Origin: Bdellovibrionales bacterium
GTDB lineage: Bacteria > Bdellovibrionota > Bdellovibrionia > Bdellovibrionales > JAGQZY01
DNA length: 64,000 nt
Assembly (NCBI GenBank): GCA_031426555.1
Contig: JANPLN010000036.1
Location: 1 to 64,000, forward strand
Direction: 5' to 3'
Both the position numbers and the translations under genes were made by a program. Shown piece by piece: positions 50,797 to 59,896 of the stretch. The notes beneath the pieces were generated by a model. The model worked only from the letters and a program-made list of their open reading frames with translations. It ran no database searches and was not told the origin of the DNA. Each line of letters begins with the position of its first letter. Position 1 is the stretch's first letter.

Positions 50797-50823
50797 TTAT
50801 CGGCTATTCATCTGCATTGATGA
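50797..50823 (-). promoter_or_regulatory. sigma28-like promoter of baeRF protein 2
   Basis: Perfect GCCGATAA (50804-50797) 18 nt before the ATT; weak -35 TCAT at N15. Confidence 0.45.
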
Positions 50824-50863
50824 AAGTTATAATAAGTATGTTCTGCATCGTTTAAATCGAAGT

Positions 50864-52063
50864 TTAGAAAATGATCTGAAAGGTGCCGTTGCCACCTTCC
50901 CAGCTGGGAGCATCCAGATCTGCTGTCAAATACAGGTGTAAAAAGGAAGTTTCATTAAAGTGAATTGTGTAGCGGAGGTTTCCTCTGTGCTCGACATCTT
51001 TGTTAACATCAGGAGGAATTCGCAGAAACTCAGGCCCAGAAATTGAATAGAGAGACGCCTCGTAGCCAAGGCGTAGCTGATTTACATTTAACTGATTGCC
51101 CATTAAAGTGTACCAAATATGCGGCGAAAGCGTAAGGGAACGAACTGCTTCGGAGTTGACTTCCCAGCGTCTACTGACACTGGCTATCCCGTAGGTCCAA
51201 TATGTATTCTCGTATTGAAGGAGCGCATCAGTGTATTGATTGCGCCAAAGTCCGTAACTACTATCAACCACCCCCTGCTGTTGAATCCCTTCATGGCGAT
51301 ACTTATAGCTGACGTCGAAATGAACTTGCTGGTTATCTCCAGCGAAAACCTTTGTTCCCCGGAGGCCCAGTTTCGCATCCCTATGACTGTAATGTTCTCC
51401 CGTATCTAAATTTCGATTCAGTGGCGACTGAATTCGTCCATAATACTCTAAGAAGGAGCTATCTTCATCGTTTAGAAAACGTCCTACAAATCCGTAAGCC
51501 ATTGCACGACGACGATCCGACTCATTGCGATCAGTTCGCTTGTTGAAGGAGAAATCAATCCAGGTCGTGTAAAATCGTAGTTGATGATTTTTCCCTGCAT
51601 CGATAAGTATGGCAGCACCAAAGTCGTTCCATTTTTTTTCGCTTTTAAGCTCTGTATATGCCACTAAACTTAAGAATGAACTCACTCGATACTGGAGTTC
51701 TAATATGGAGTGATTCACACTTTGCTCTAAATCTTTCTGTTCGGCGTAAGCCAATCGGAAGACGAGATGACTGTTAAGTTGTGTATCGAGCTTTAAACGG
51801 TGTTGTGTGGCGAACCGTGACTGACTCAGACTTCCTATTGATAAATCGTAAACTCGGCTAGATCTCAGGAATGAAGAGTGCATTGAGTTCGGAATACGGT
51901 AAGTTAAAATATCAGAAAAATACTCTGAATCCAGAAGAGAAGGCCTATTTATTTCTGTAATTTCGGATTCAGAAAAATATCCATACTCTTCAAATTGCGC
52001 TGCAGCCGGAAGTGCCGCAATAAACAACAAGATAGAAAGATAACTAGAGCTCTTTGATAACAT
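50864..52063 (-). CDS. Hypothetical outer-membrane beta-barrel protein
   Basis: Signal peptide, alternating beta-strand pattern, C-terminal Phe. Confidence 0.65.
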   Translation of the reverse strand: MLSKSSSYLSILLFIAALPAAAQFEEYGYFSESEITEINRPSLLDSEYFSDILTYRIPNSMHSSFLRSSRVYDLSIGSLSQSRFATQHRLKLDTQLNSHLVFRLAYAEQKDLEQSVNHSILELQYRVSSFLSLVAYTELKSEKKWNDFGAAILIDAGKNHQLRFYTTWIDFSFNKRTDRNESDRRRAMAYGFVGRFLNDEDSSFLEYYGRIQSPLNRNLDTGEHYSHRDAKLGLRGTKVFAGDNQQVHFDVSYKYRHEGIQQQGVVDSSYGLWRNQYTDALLQYENTYWTYGIASVSRRWEVNSEAVRSLTLSPHIWYTLMGNQLNVNQLRLGYEASLYSISGPEFLRIPPDVNKDVEHRGNLRYTIHFNETSFLHLYLTADLDAPSWEGGNGTFQIIF

Positions 52064-52073
52064 TCAGTCCGTC

Positions 52074-52460
52074 TTAAAGCGGCGACTCGACACACTTTTT
52101 TCGGTCGCAGACCGTGGTTGTGGTTATGAGGACTTGGCAAGTTCCCATGGTGTTGCCGCCATTAAGTTGAAGATTCTCTTTGCTAATCGCCTCATGCAGT
52201 CGAGCCCGCTCGATGATTTTGGCGTATTTCGGGTTGTGTGTCGAAACAACGAGGAAGCCCGCAGGACCGCCGCAATGGCGCGCACCCAAGGCCACAGACT
52301 TGCATTCCTCCGTTCTTGTACACGACAGATCGGAGTTGAGATCGAGGATCTCTTGCATCAAATCATCGGCATTTGGCTTGGCTTTCGTTGCAGGAGGGCC
52401 TCCAGCAGCAAAACTTGTAAAAGCAAAATTAAATAACAGACTCATTAAAAATAGACGCAT
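52074..52460 (-). CDS. Secreted Cys-rich hypothetical protein
   Basis: Signal peptide; CTRTEEC...GARHCGGP...C..C..C. Confidence 0.7.
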   Translation of the reverse strand: MRLFLMSLLFNFAFTSFAAGGPPATKAKPNADDLMQEILDLNSDLSCTRTEECKSVALGARHCGGPAGFLVVSTHNPKYAKIIERARLHEAISKENLQLNGGNTMGTCQVLITTTTVCDRKKCVESPL

Positions 52461-53773
52461 TAGGAAAGTCCTTTCTTGGCCATGACGGCTTCGATGTCTA
52501 CTACTTCTTTAGGAGCAAGGCTCGTCATCACTTCGTGCCCGCTAGCTGTGACGAGCACATCATCCTCGATGCGCACACCGATGCCGCGATACTCTTTAGG
52601 TACGGTATCATCATCCACTGGAATGTAAAGACCGGGCTCCACCGTAATCACCATACCGGCCTCGAGCAAGCGTGATTGCCCTTTGATCTTGTACAGACCC
52701 ACGTCATGTACATCCATTCCCAAAAGATGGCCGATGTTGTGCGGATAGTATTTGCGGTAGGCCATGGAGTGAACATTCTGATCCACCGTGCCCTTTAAAA
52801 ATCCCATTTCTATAAGTTCTTTGGTGAGCTGTGTGCGCGCCACCTCTTGCAAATCCTCGTAGCGCAGGCCGGGTTTGACCATGGTGATTAAATGTTTTTG
52901 CACCTTTAGCACGCGGCTATAGACATCTTTTTGTGCAGCTGTGAACTTGCCGTTCAATGGATAGGTTCGAGTGATGTCGGCGGTAAAATAATTTTTTTCG
53001 GCCCCGGCATCAATCAACAAAAGGTCTCCATCTTTGCTCGACGAATTATTATCACGATAATGAAGAATAGTCGCGTTTCCGCCAGCCGCGATGATAGAAA
53101 AATATCCTTCGCGGTGGGCATTGCGCGAAAAAAACTCGTTAAACAGTATGGCTTGAATCTCTTTTTCGTTCATCCCCGCACGGACTTTTTGCATCACGGC
53201 CAGGTGGGACTCGGCACTTAAGCGGCAGGCCTCACGATGCCAGTCGATCTCTTGCGCGCTCTTGACGATACGCATTTCGCCAATGATTTCTTTGGGATCG
53301 TGAATAGGCAGCATGCCGCGTCCTGAGCGACCGAGTGTGGTTACGAACTCTTTGATAGCGCGCAACACCAACCAATCGCGCTCAGAAGATTCAAGCTGAT
53401 AATAAACGCAATCGACACCGGAAAGCAGCGAGGGCAACTTACTGTGAAACTCTTTAATATCAAAAGCTTCATCCGCGCCGAAAACTGATTTTGCGCCTTC
53501 GAGGCCATAGCGATAACCATCCCAAATTTCTTTAGAGGGGTCGCGAGGACGGACAAACAATTTAAAAGGATTATTTTGACCCGGCAAAAAAACACAAATT
53601 GCATCTGGCTCCTCGAAGCCTGTCATGTAAACGAAATCACTTTGCGCTCGAAAGCGCTCCCAACCAGATTCCGCGCCCGAAAATAAAATCAATGCGGAAT
53701 GTGGTGCCTTTTGTGAAAATGCATCTCGCCGGTTTTTAAATTCTTGCAGGCTACTAAAAGTACGATTTTTCAA
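52460..53773 (-). CDS. pepP: Xaa-Pro aminopeptidase
   Basis: DITRT, HNIGHLLGMDVHD, EPGLY and GVRIEDD motifs. Confidence 0.95.
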   Translation of the reverse strand: MKNRTFSSLQEFKNRRDAFSQKAPHSALILFSGAESGWERFRAQSDFVYMTGFEEPDAICVFLPGQNNPFKLFVRPRDPSKEIWDGYRYGLEGAKSVFGADEAFDIKEFHSKLPSLLSGVDCVYYQLESSERDWLVLRAIKEFVTTLGRSGRGMLPIHDPKEIIGEMRIVKSAQEIDWHREACRLSAESHLAVMQKVRAGMNEKEIQAILFNEFFSRNAHREGYFSIIAAGGNATILHYRDNNSSSKDGDLLLIDAGAEKNYFTADITRTYPLNGKFTAAQKDVYSRVLKVQKHLITMVKPGLRYEDLQEVARTQLTKELIEMGFLKGTVDQNVHSMAYRKYYPHNIGHLLGMDVHDVGLYKIKGQSRLLEAGMVITVEPGLYIPVDDDTVPKEYRGIGVRIEDDVLVTASGHEVMTSLAPKEVVDIEAVMAKKGLS

Positions 53774-53786
53774 AAAAACTCCCTAA

Positions 53787-54746
53787 CTAAAAATTGTATT
53801 TCTCGATAATTTGTTTAAGCGGACTTGCCGCACTTTGTCTGCCCAGCTGAATAAGGCGTAGTCTTTGTTCGATGTCGGTGATTTTATAAGCGGAGGTCTC
53901 AACATTGATCACCTCGTGCACGCCCATCATCTTCGCATTTTTTACACTCTGAAGCGAGGCGGCCCACGCCAACCAAATTCCATTGGTGTCATCCCAGTCT
54001 GCAAATTGCTTTTTATCCACACTGTCTAAAACGTTGATCAACACGATCAGTTCCGCACCAGAAGACTTTAAAAACTGAACCGCTTCCTGAAGTGCAAACG
54101 GCGCTGCGAGAACGTCGGAATAACTAAACATCGGCGGAAAGTACCAACAGCCGCGCATGGAATTCTTAAGACTCCCTTTGGTCGCCAGGGACACTCGACC
54201 GGAAGGGGCGCGCAGGTACGTGCAAGCAAATGGAATTTTAGTCTGCTCAATTCGCGATTCGGTAAAAACTTTTCCCAAAAATAGATCGTAGTCCTTGCTG
54301 GCTGCTGGCTTCATTTTTTTTGAAAACAAACCTTTGTCCGAAAAGGTCGACTTTGGCAATTGGGAAATTTTCCAATCCATTTCGTGAATCTGTCCGTTGT
54401 GGGCGTAAAGACCACCGACGAGCGCTCCCCATTCCAATCCCGCCACGGCCGCGATCGGCAATTTATTTTTTTCGATTTCTTGGAGAACTCCAATTTGCGC
54501 CAGAGTTTTTGCTCCACCGGGTCCAAAAATTAAACCAATGCGCGGAGCCCGTTGCCCTACAAATTGTGGGACTGTTACCGATTCGCTGGAAGAATCGACG
54601 ACCGGAGTATTAGAACTCGTTGGCATTTGAATTACGGGATCATGGGGAGCGGATGTCGGTTTGGTTTGGCAAGAAACTGCCAACAATAGCAAAAGAGCGC
54701 CGAAACTAATTCTTTTGCAAATATATAAAATACTCTTGGTTTCCAT
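53787..54746 (-). CDS. Patatin-like lipoprotein with degenerate active site
   Basis: Lipobox VSC; GPGGAKTLAQIG; AGLEWGA in place of G-x-S-x-G. Confidence 0.75.
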   Translation of the reverse strand: METKSILYICKRISFGALLLLLAVSCQTKPTSAPHDPVIQMPTSSNTPVVDSSSESVTVPQFVGQRAPRIGLIFGPGGAKTLAQIGVLQEIEKNKLPIAAVAGLEWGALVGGLYAHNGQIHEMDWKISQLPKSTFSDKGLFSKKMKPAASKDYDLFLGKVFTESRIEQTKIPFACTYLRAPSGRVSLATKGSLKNSMRGCWYFPPMFSYSDVLAAPFALQEAVQFLKSSGAELIVLINVLDSVDKKQFADWDDTNGIWLAWAASLQSVKNAKMMGVHEVINVETSAYKITDIEQRLRLIQLGRQSAASPLKQIIEKYNF

Positions 54747-55479
54747 CTTCTCCCCGAACTTTTGATTTGAGCGTTCCTAGAACTTTTTTTCCTTGCTCTG
54801 AGAGAGTTTTAACTGTTTTTTCGAGAACACGCAAACCTTCCTCATCGGGAATGGTTCCTTTTTTACCGTGCACACCGCGACCCACCTCATATTGTGGCTT
54901 AAAAAGAACAAGCGCTTGCCCGCCGTGTTTGAGAAGTTCCCATTGGGTTAAAAGGACCGTCTGAGCAGATATAAAAGAGACATCGCAAACAATCATGTCG
55001 AAGGGCCACGACTCCATGGAGACTTTGATGGCGTCTAATGTTTCGTCTCCAATCACATTGCGCGCATTGATTTTTTCGATGGATAAAATTTGTGGATGCT
55101 CGCGCAAACGCGGATGGAGTTGGTCTTTTCCCACATCGAGCCCCACCACAAACTCCGCGCCATGACGCAACAAACAGTCTGTAAACCCGCCAGTGGATTG
55201 TCCGATGTCTAGAATATTCAACCCCTTGGGAGAAACCTTCCAAAACTCTAGGGCTTCGTGCAGCTTGGCTCCAGAACGAGAAACATATTCCAGCTCGAGG
55301 TTGGCCTCGATTTTCCATTGATCGCTTGATTGCGGTTCAATCTCTTGCGAAACCTTAAGAATAGAAATGGTTTCGCCGTTTCGAACAAAAGAGACCAACC
55401 CCTTTTCGATGGCGACCTGCGCTTTTTTGCGCGACTCAAAGAGACCCAGTTCTAACAAAACTTTATCTGCTCGCTTCAC
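54706..55479 (-). CDS. tlyA: TlyA family rRNA methyltransferase
   Basis: S4 domain; YVSRSGAKL; DIGQSTGGFTD; DVSFIS; KPQYE. Confidence 0.95.
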   Translation of the reverse strand: MKRADKVLLELGLFESRKKAQVAIEKGLVSFVRNGETISILKVSQEIEPQSSDQWKIEANLELEYVSRSGAKLHEALEFWKVSPKGLNILDIGQSTGGFTDCLLRHGAEFVVGLDVGKDQLHPRLREHPQILSIEKINARNVIGDETLDAIKVSMESWPFDMIVCDVSFISAQTVLLTQWELLKHGGQALVLFKPQYEVGRGVHGKKGTIPDEEGLRVLEKTVKTLSEQGKKVLGTLKSKVRGEDGNQEYFIYLQKN

Positions 55480-55480
55480 G

Positions 55481-56326
55481 CTACTTCGTCCGCTTTAAAT
55501 TGTATTGAAAAAATTGCCGAAGCTCGTGGAAGACGGAAGGAAGTTGTTCGAGCTCACTGAGCCCCTCCTGAGTTTTTAGGTTTAAAAACTCTGTGAGCTT
55601 TTGCTCACTCATGAAGAAAAGCAAACTTTTTGCTGTTTGATCCTGAACGCCATCTAAAAGATCGTCTTTGATTTGAAAACAGAGGCCGAGATTTAAACCC
55701 AATGCACGGAGTTTTCCACACAGTTCTGGCGGTTCCCCCGCAACGATGGCTGCACCTTCGATGGCCGCTGCGATGAGTTCTGCTGTTTTGTTGGTATGAA
55801 CTTTTAAAACCGCGTCCACATTTGCGAGCGGCTGACCCAGCATCATGTCCATGGCTTGTCCACCCACCATTCCACTGGCTCCGGCAGACCGCGCAAGCAG
55901 TGCTGTTAATCTTTGGGCAATGTCGGGACTTTCGGCATAGGCTGTTGCGATGAGCAAAAAACTTTCGGTGAGCAAAGCATCGCCCGCCAAAAGCGCCAAA
56001 GGCTCGCCAAATTTTTTATGATTCGTTGGTAGCCCACGGCGTTCATCATCGTTGTCCATGCACGGCAAATCATCGTGAATTAGGGAATAAGTATGAATCA
56101 TTTCGATGGCCGCCGCCCACGCCGTGGCTTTTTGTGAGACTGCGAGTGCAAGAGTGGGGCGAAAGCGTTTGCCCCCAGAGAACAAGGAGTACTTCATGGC
56201 ATTTAAAAGTTGCGGCGATAACGATTCCACATCGCCCGCGCGCAAGCGAAGATACTCTTCTAAAAAAACCTCAACGGCTTCTGTGGCATTGAGGATTTCG
56301 TGAGTGCCAAAAGAATCTTGGCTCAT
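55481..56326 (-). CDS. ispA: Polyprenyl (farnesyl) diphosphate synthase
   Basis: GGKRFRP, HDDLPCMDND and FQIKDDLLD motifs. Confidence 0.93.
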   Translation of the reverse strand: MSQDSFGTHEILNATEAVEVFLEEYLRLRAGDVESLSPQLLNAMKYSLFSGGKRFRPTLALAVSQKATAWAAAIEMIHTYSLIHDDLPCMDNDDERRGLPTNHKKFGEPLALLAGDALLTESFLLIATAYAESPDIAQRLTALLARSAGASGMVGGQAMDMMLGQPLANVDAVLKVHTNKTAELIAAAIEGAAIVAGEPPELCGKLRALGLNLGLCFQIKDDLLDGVQDQTAKSLLFFMSEQKLTEFLNLKTQEGLSELEQLPSVFHELRQFFQYNLKRTK

Positions 56327-56538
56327 GGTTTGAAGGGTTGTATCACTGCTTGACCTTGAGCATCTTGTCCCAAAAGCAATTCTACTTTTTGTTCCGCTTC
56401 ATCGAGCTCTGTTTGACACGTTCTCGAAAGCTTTACACCCTCTTCGAAAAGTTTGAGTGAATCTTCCAGCGGAATGTCTCCACCTTCCATTTTTGCAACG
56501 ATCTCTTCGAGGCGATTTAATTTTTTTTCAAAATCCAT
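56323..56538 (-). CDS. xseB: Exodeoxyribonuclease VII small subunit
   Basis: FEKKLNRLEEIV...LEDSLKLFEEG. Confidence 0.95.
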   Translation of the reverse strand: MDFEKKLNRLEEIVAKMEGGDIPLEDSLKLFEEGVKLSRTCQTELDEAEQKVELLLGQDAQGQAVIQPFKP

Positions 56539-56563
56539 GACTTCTCCTTTTTAGCTGCGGTTT

Positions 56564-58081
56564 TTAGCTGCAGTTTTTACCTGTGGTTTCGGCAGCAAAT
56601 TTTGATTCTGTTGTGCCCATGACTTTAACGCGAACAGCGCCACTGCTTAGCCGCACATCTAACTCTTGATTTGCTTTTACCTGGCTTGCTTCTTTGATAA
56701 TATTTTCTCCACTAAAGACTAAGGCATAACCGCGGCCCATTACCTTGAGCGGGCTAAGGGAATCCAACATGGAGACGATACCCGAAAGCTTTCGCTTTTG
56801 GTTTTGCAAAAGAAAACCCACATCTTTTTGCAGCGTTTGTTGCAGATAAGACAGCCGCTGACGACGAGCGTTCAGAATCACGCGTGGACTTTTCATTCGC
56901 TCCCGTAAAAGGCGAACTTGCATCCGCTGGTCTCGCGCGTATCTTTGCCAGCTTAAAATCATTCGCTGATGAAGATCGTCACAGCGAATCGCAAGATCCT
57001 GCAAACGCCTCTTCGGATCAACCAGCTGTCCCTGAAGACGGTGCAAGCGGCCTTGTTGCTGGCTTAACGAAAATTGAATTCGTTGATACATGTTTTTTCG
57101 CAAGCTGCGGATGCGTTCAGACAACTCCCCAGCGCTTTTTGCAACAATCTCGGCGGCAGCCGAGGGTGTGGGCGCACGCACATCCGCGACAAAGTCGGCA
57201 ATGGTAAAATCAATTTCGTGGCCGACGGCTGAGATGATGGGAATTTTTGAGGCGAAGATAGCGCGAGCAACCCGCTCTTCGTTAAAACACCACATGTCCT
57301 CGATAGATCCACCGCCGCGACCCACAATCAAAACATCAAAGCCACCAATCGCGTTTGCAAGTTGGATTCCGCGCACCACTTCGTCCGCAGCACCTTCACC
57401 CTGCACACGCGCAGGAATCACCGTAACTTTACCACTGCGATAACGCCGACTGAGTACATTTAAGATATCTTGAATGGCCGCGCCCGTTGGCGAGGTGACC
57501 ACACCAATGCTTTTAGGTAGCAACGGAAGACTTTGTTTGTGTTCTTGGTCAAACAATCCCTCTTGCTGCAATTTATTTTTAAGTTGTTCGTAGGCGCGCT
57601 GCAAAGCACCCGCGCCCACCGGCTCCATGGTCTCGCAAAATATTTGATAATTTCCGCGCGGCTCATACACCGTCACTCGTCCGCGAACGATGACTTCCAT
57701 GCCGTTGTCAGGACGGAATTTTAATCGGCCGTTAAACCCTTTAAACATCACCGCACTAATTTGTGATTTATCATCCTTCAAGCTAAAATAATAATGTCCC
57801 GAAGTGTGCGCTTTAAAATTCGAAATTTCGCCCTGAAGCCAAATCGATTTGAATTCGCCTTCGATCTGTTCTTTGATCAATTGATTTAAATTCGAAACAG
57901 AAAGCACAGTGGGCTCGGGCGGTGTTGCGGCCTCGGGCGTGGATTCTGGCGTGAGCACAACTGGGGAAGGCTCGGGCGTTTTTTTACGCACGCTGTCTGG
58001 GCCCGGCTCTAGAAGAGTGTTCCACTTAGTAAAACTCATTTGGTCGTCTGATTGATGACTCGAGGACGTGCTATTTTTCAC
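56564..58081 (-). CDS. xseA: Exodeoxyribonuclease VII large subunit
   Basis: GEISN...SGHYYFSLKD, RGGGSIED, VGHEIDF and RAPTPSAAAE motifs; TTGACC-17-TAATCT-6-GTG supports this start. Confidence 0.96.
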   Translation of the reverse strand: MKNSTSSSHQSDDQMSFTKWNTLLEPGPDSVRKKTPEPSPVVLTPESTPEAATPPEPTVLSVSNLNQLIKEQIEGEFKSIWLQGEISNFKAHTSGHYYFSLKDDKSQISAVMFKGFNGRLKFRPDNGMEVIVRGRVTVYEPRGNYQIFCETMEPVGAGALQRAYEQLKNKLQQEGLFDQEHKQSLPLLPKSIGVVTSPTGAAIQDILNVLSRRYRSGKVTVIPARVQGEGAADEVVRGIQLANAIGGFDVLIVGRGGGSIEDMWCFNEERVARAIFASKIPIISAVGHEIDFTIADFVADVRAPTPSAAAEIVAKSAGELSERIRSLRKNMYQRIQFSLSQQQGRLHRLQGQLVDPKRRLQDLAIRCDDLHQRMILSWQRYARDQRMQVRLLRERMKSPRVILNARRQRLSYLQQTLQKDVGFLLQNQKRKLSGIVSMLDSLSPLKVMGRGYALVFSGENIIKEASQVKANQELDVRLSSGAVRVKVMGTTESKFAAETTGKNCS

Positions 58082-58124
58082 GGAGGTAGATTAGAGGTGG
58101 GTTTGTCCAGGGTCAATAGGAGAA

Positions 58125-58303
58125 AAAAAGAAATTCTGTGGCAGCTAGGAGAAACAATGAAATCCCAAAAATCAGCAGGTGGGTGGCCATATAACAACTT
58201 TAGGCTTCCCAGCTTAAACTGGGCCTGCACACCATTGTCAGGGACAGCCCCCTTAGTATGCTTGTAGGATTTCTGTATTCTCAGCTTTACGCCACAGAAC
58301 CCA
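58125..58303 (-). ncRNA. ssrS: Probable 6S RNA
   Basis: ~180 nt; ends pair (TTCTGTGGC/GCCACAGAA plus AGCT, GAGAA, GAAATCC blocks); internal GTGTGCAGGCCCAG..CTGGGAAGCCT and CCCACCTG; extended -10 TGCTAGTAT upstream; U-tract downstream. Confidence 0.7.
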
Positions 58304-58423
58304 GATTCAATACTAGCAAAGTTTCGTTGAGAGAGTACAAAAATTTTCGATTTGCGCCAAAAGTCGATGTTTTTTGCTCAAACTTGACTTTGGTTTTTGG
58401 CATGCAGTTCCGATACCAATTTT

Positions 58424-58636
58424 ATGAGTTTTGAATCCTTGGATTTTTTAACAATGTGGTTGGCATTTATTTACGGCGCGGTTCTTTTTTTCGTTCTCGA
58501 ACTCCCGCAGTTAAAAAAACTCGAGGAAACCCATGCCAACTATTTTCTCATTTTGCGACAGCATCGTCCTATCGCGCTGTTTTGCCTTTGGTTTGGCGGT
58601 CTTTGGATCCTTCAGGATGTTCTGACAAAGGTCTAA
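58424..58636 (+). CDS. Small 2-TM hypothetical protein
   Basis: Two hydrophobic helices, 70 aa. Confidence 0.55.
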   Translation: MSFESLDFLTMWLAFIYGAVLFFVLELPQLKKLEETHANYFLILRQHRPIALFCLWFGGLWILQDVLTKV

Positions 58637-58661
58637 AGTTGAGACACTTTTCTGCCGATAA
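58634..58661 (+). promoter_or_regulatory. sigma28 (FliA)-like promoter
   Basis: TAAA-N16-GCCGATAA, 25 nt before the ATG at 58687. Confidence 0.55.
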
Positions 58662-58686
58662 TATGATTGAGCAACAAGGGGGCCTG

Positions 58687-59823
58687 ATGCGCTTTTTCCT
58701 TTTTCTATTTTTATCTGTTTTTTCGTTGAACGCGTTTTGCGCCGAGGAAACATCACAAGCAGACCGCGATGCCGCTTGTTCGAATGCCATCGACTCTGTA
58801 AGAGCCACTTTAGATAACGATATCAAACGCCATCAAAACACAATTGCCGCCAATCCGCCTCACGCGGTGGATGGCGCCAGCAATCAACCGGTCACCACAG
58901 GCAATCCCGTGACCGACGCCTTTGCAAGCTTGAATAAAGCGCAGAGTGATCTCGCGCAAGCGCAGCAACAAAAAATCCAGGCGCAGTCGCAAGTTGAAAA
59001 CGAGTGTTTCCAGCAATTTGAAGATCTCAGTGATAAATGCCACGACATTCGCCAAAAAGAATACGACCGCCTCCGCCAAATTAATATGGCCGAGGGCGAA
59101 AAAATGAAACAGGAAGCGGAAATACGCCAGGGCTGCTGGAAAGAGGCTTCGGCGCTTTTTCAAGCTGAAATTGGACGGTTGGCAGAATATGTAAATCGCA
59201 CCGTGGGCTCTGTGAATGGCGCCACTCGCAGTAAAAAAGACATCGAAGGCTTGCGCTCAAATTTTTATAATCAGTGTATTAACAGCCCGGCCACTCAAGA
59301 AGCCATCCGCTCCTGCAAAGGAGATTTAGATATTAAAATGCGAAACTTTAGTTTGATGGCGACAGAATTCGCCTCCGACTTGGAATATCATGAAAATACA
59401 AAAATGACTCGTATGAACGATCACTGTAAACTTCGCCAGGAACAAATCGACGCGCAATACGCGCCGATGCGAAACCAAGCGATACAAAACATCGCCATGA
59501 GCGGCGTGGCCATGATGATGGCAAGTTCAACCGCATCAGCTAGCGCCGAGGGCCAGCAACAAGTGCGTGATAGTTACAACAGTTTAAACACGATTCTAAA
59601 TAATTGGGCTCGCATCACGCAAAACTGTACAGGGCTCGATACAGCTACGAGCTCAGCTCCCAATATCGACTCAGTTCCATCCGATGCTTACTCGGCGATG
59701 CAACCCATTCATGAAGCCTGCCGCCCAGCCAATATGCCTGCGAGCGTTCAGTGCTTTAAAAATTCAGGGGCTGCGAGCACTGAGCTGCAAAATGCAAATC
59801 GCGCAACGTCTAGTCAGCGGTAG
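58687..59823 (+). CDS. Secreted Cys-containing helical/coiled-coil hypothetical protein
   Basis: Signal peptide MRFFLFLFLSVFSLNAFC; Gln/Ala-rich helices; 10 Cys after the signal. Confidence 0.8.
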   Translation: MRFFLFLFLSVFSLNAFCAEETSQADRDAACSNAIDSVRATLDNDIKRHQNTIAANPPHAVDGASNQPVTTGNPVTDAFASLNKAQSDLAQAQQQKIQAQSQVENECFQQFEDLSDKCHDIRQKEYDRLRQINMAEGEKMKQEAEIRQGCWKEASALFQAEIGRLAEYVNRTVGSVNGATRSKKDIEGLRSNFYNQCINSPATQEAIRSCKGDLDIKMRNFSLMATEFASDLEYHENTKMTRMNDHCKLRQEQIDAQYAPMRNQAIQNIAMSGVAMMMASSTASASAEGQQQVRDSYNSLNTILNNWARITQNCTGLDTATSSAPNIDSVPSDAYSAMQPIHEACRPANMPASVQCFKNSGAASTELQNANRATSSQR

Positions 59824-59896
59824 CTCAAGGCCCTACTTTACGACTGAATATAGAATATCAGTTGCCTGAAAATCGCCAGTCTATTACTCTCGAGAA

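Noticed and set aside
58052..58267. 71-aa ORF with AGGAG before an internal ATG
   Set aside because: Antisense to the probable 6S RNA and overlaps the xseA promoter.
58398..58412. sigma54-like TGGCATGCAGTTCC
   Set aside because: Lacks the essential -12 GC.
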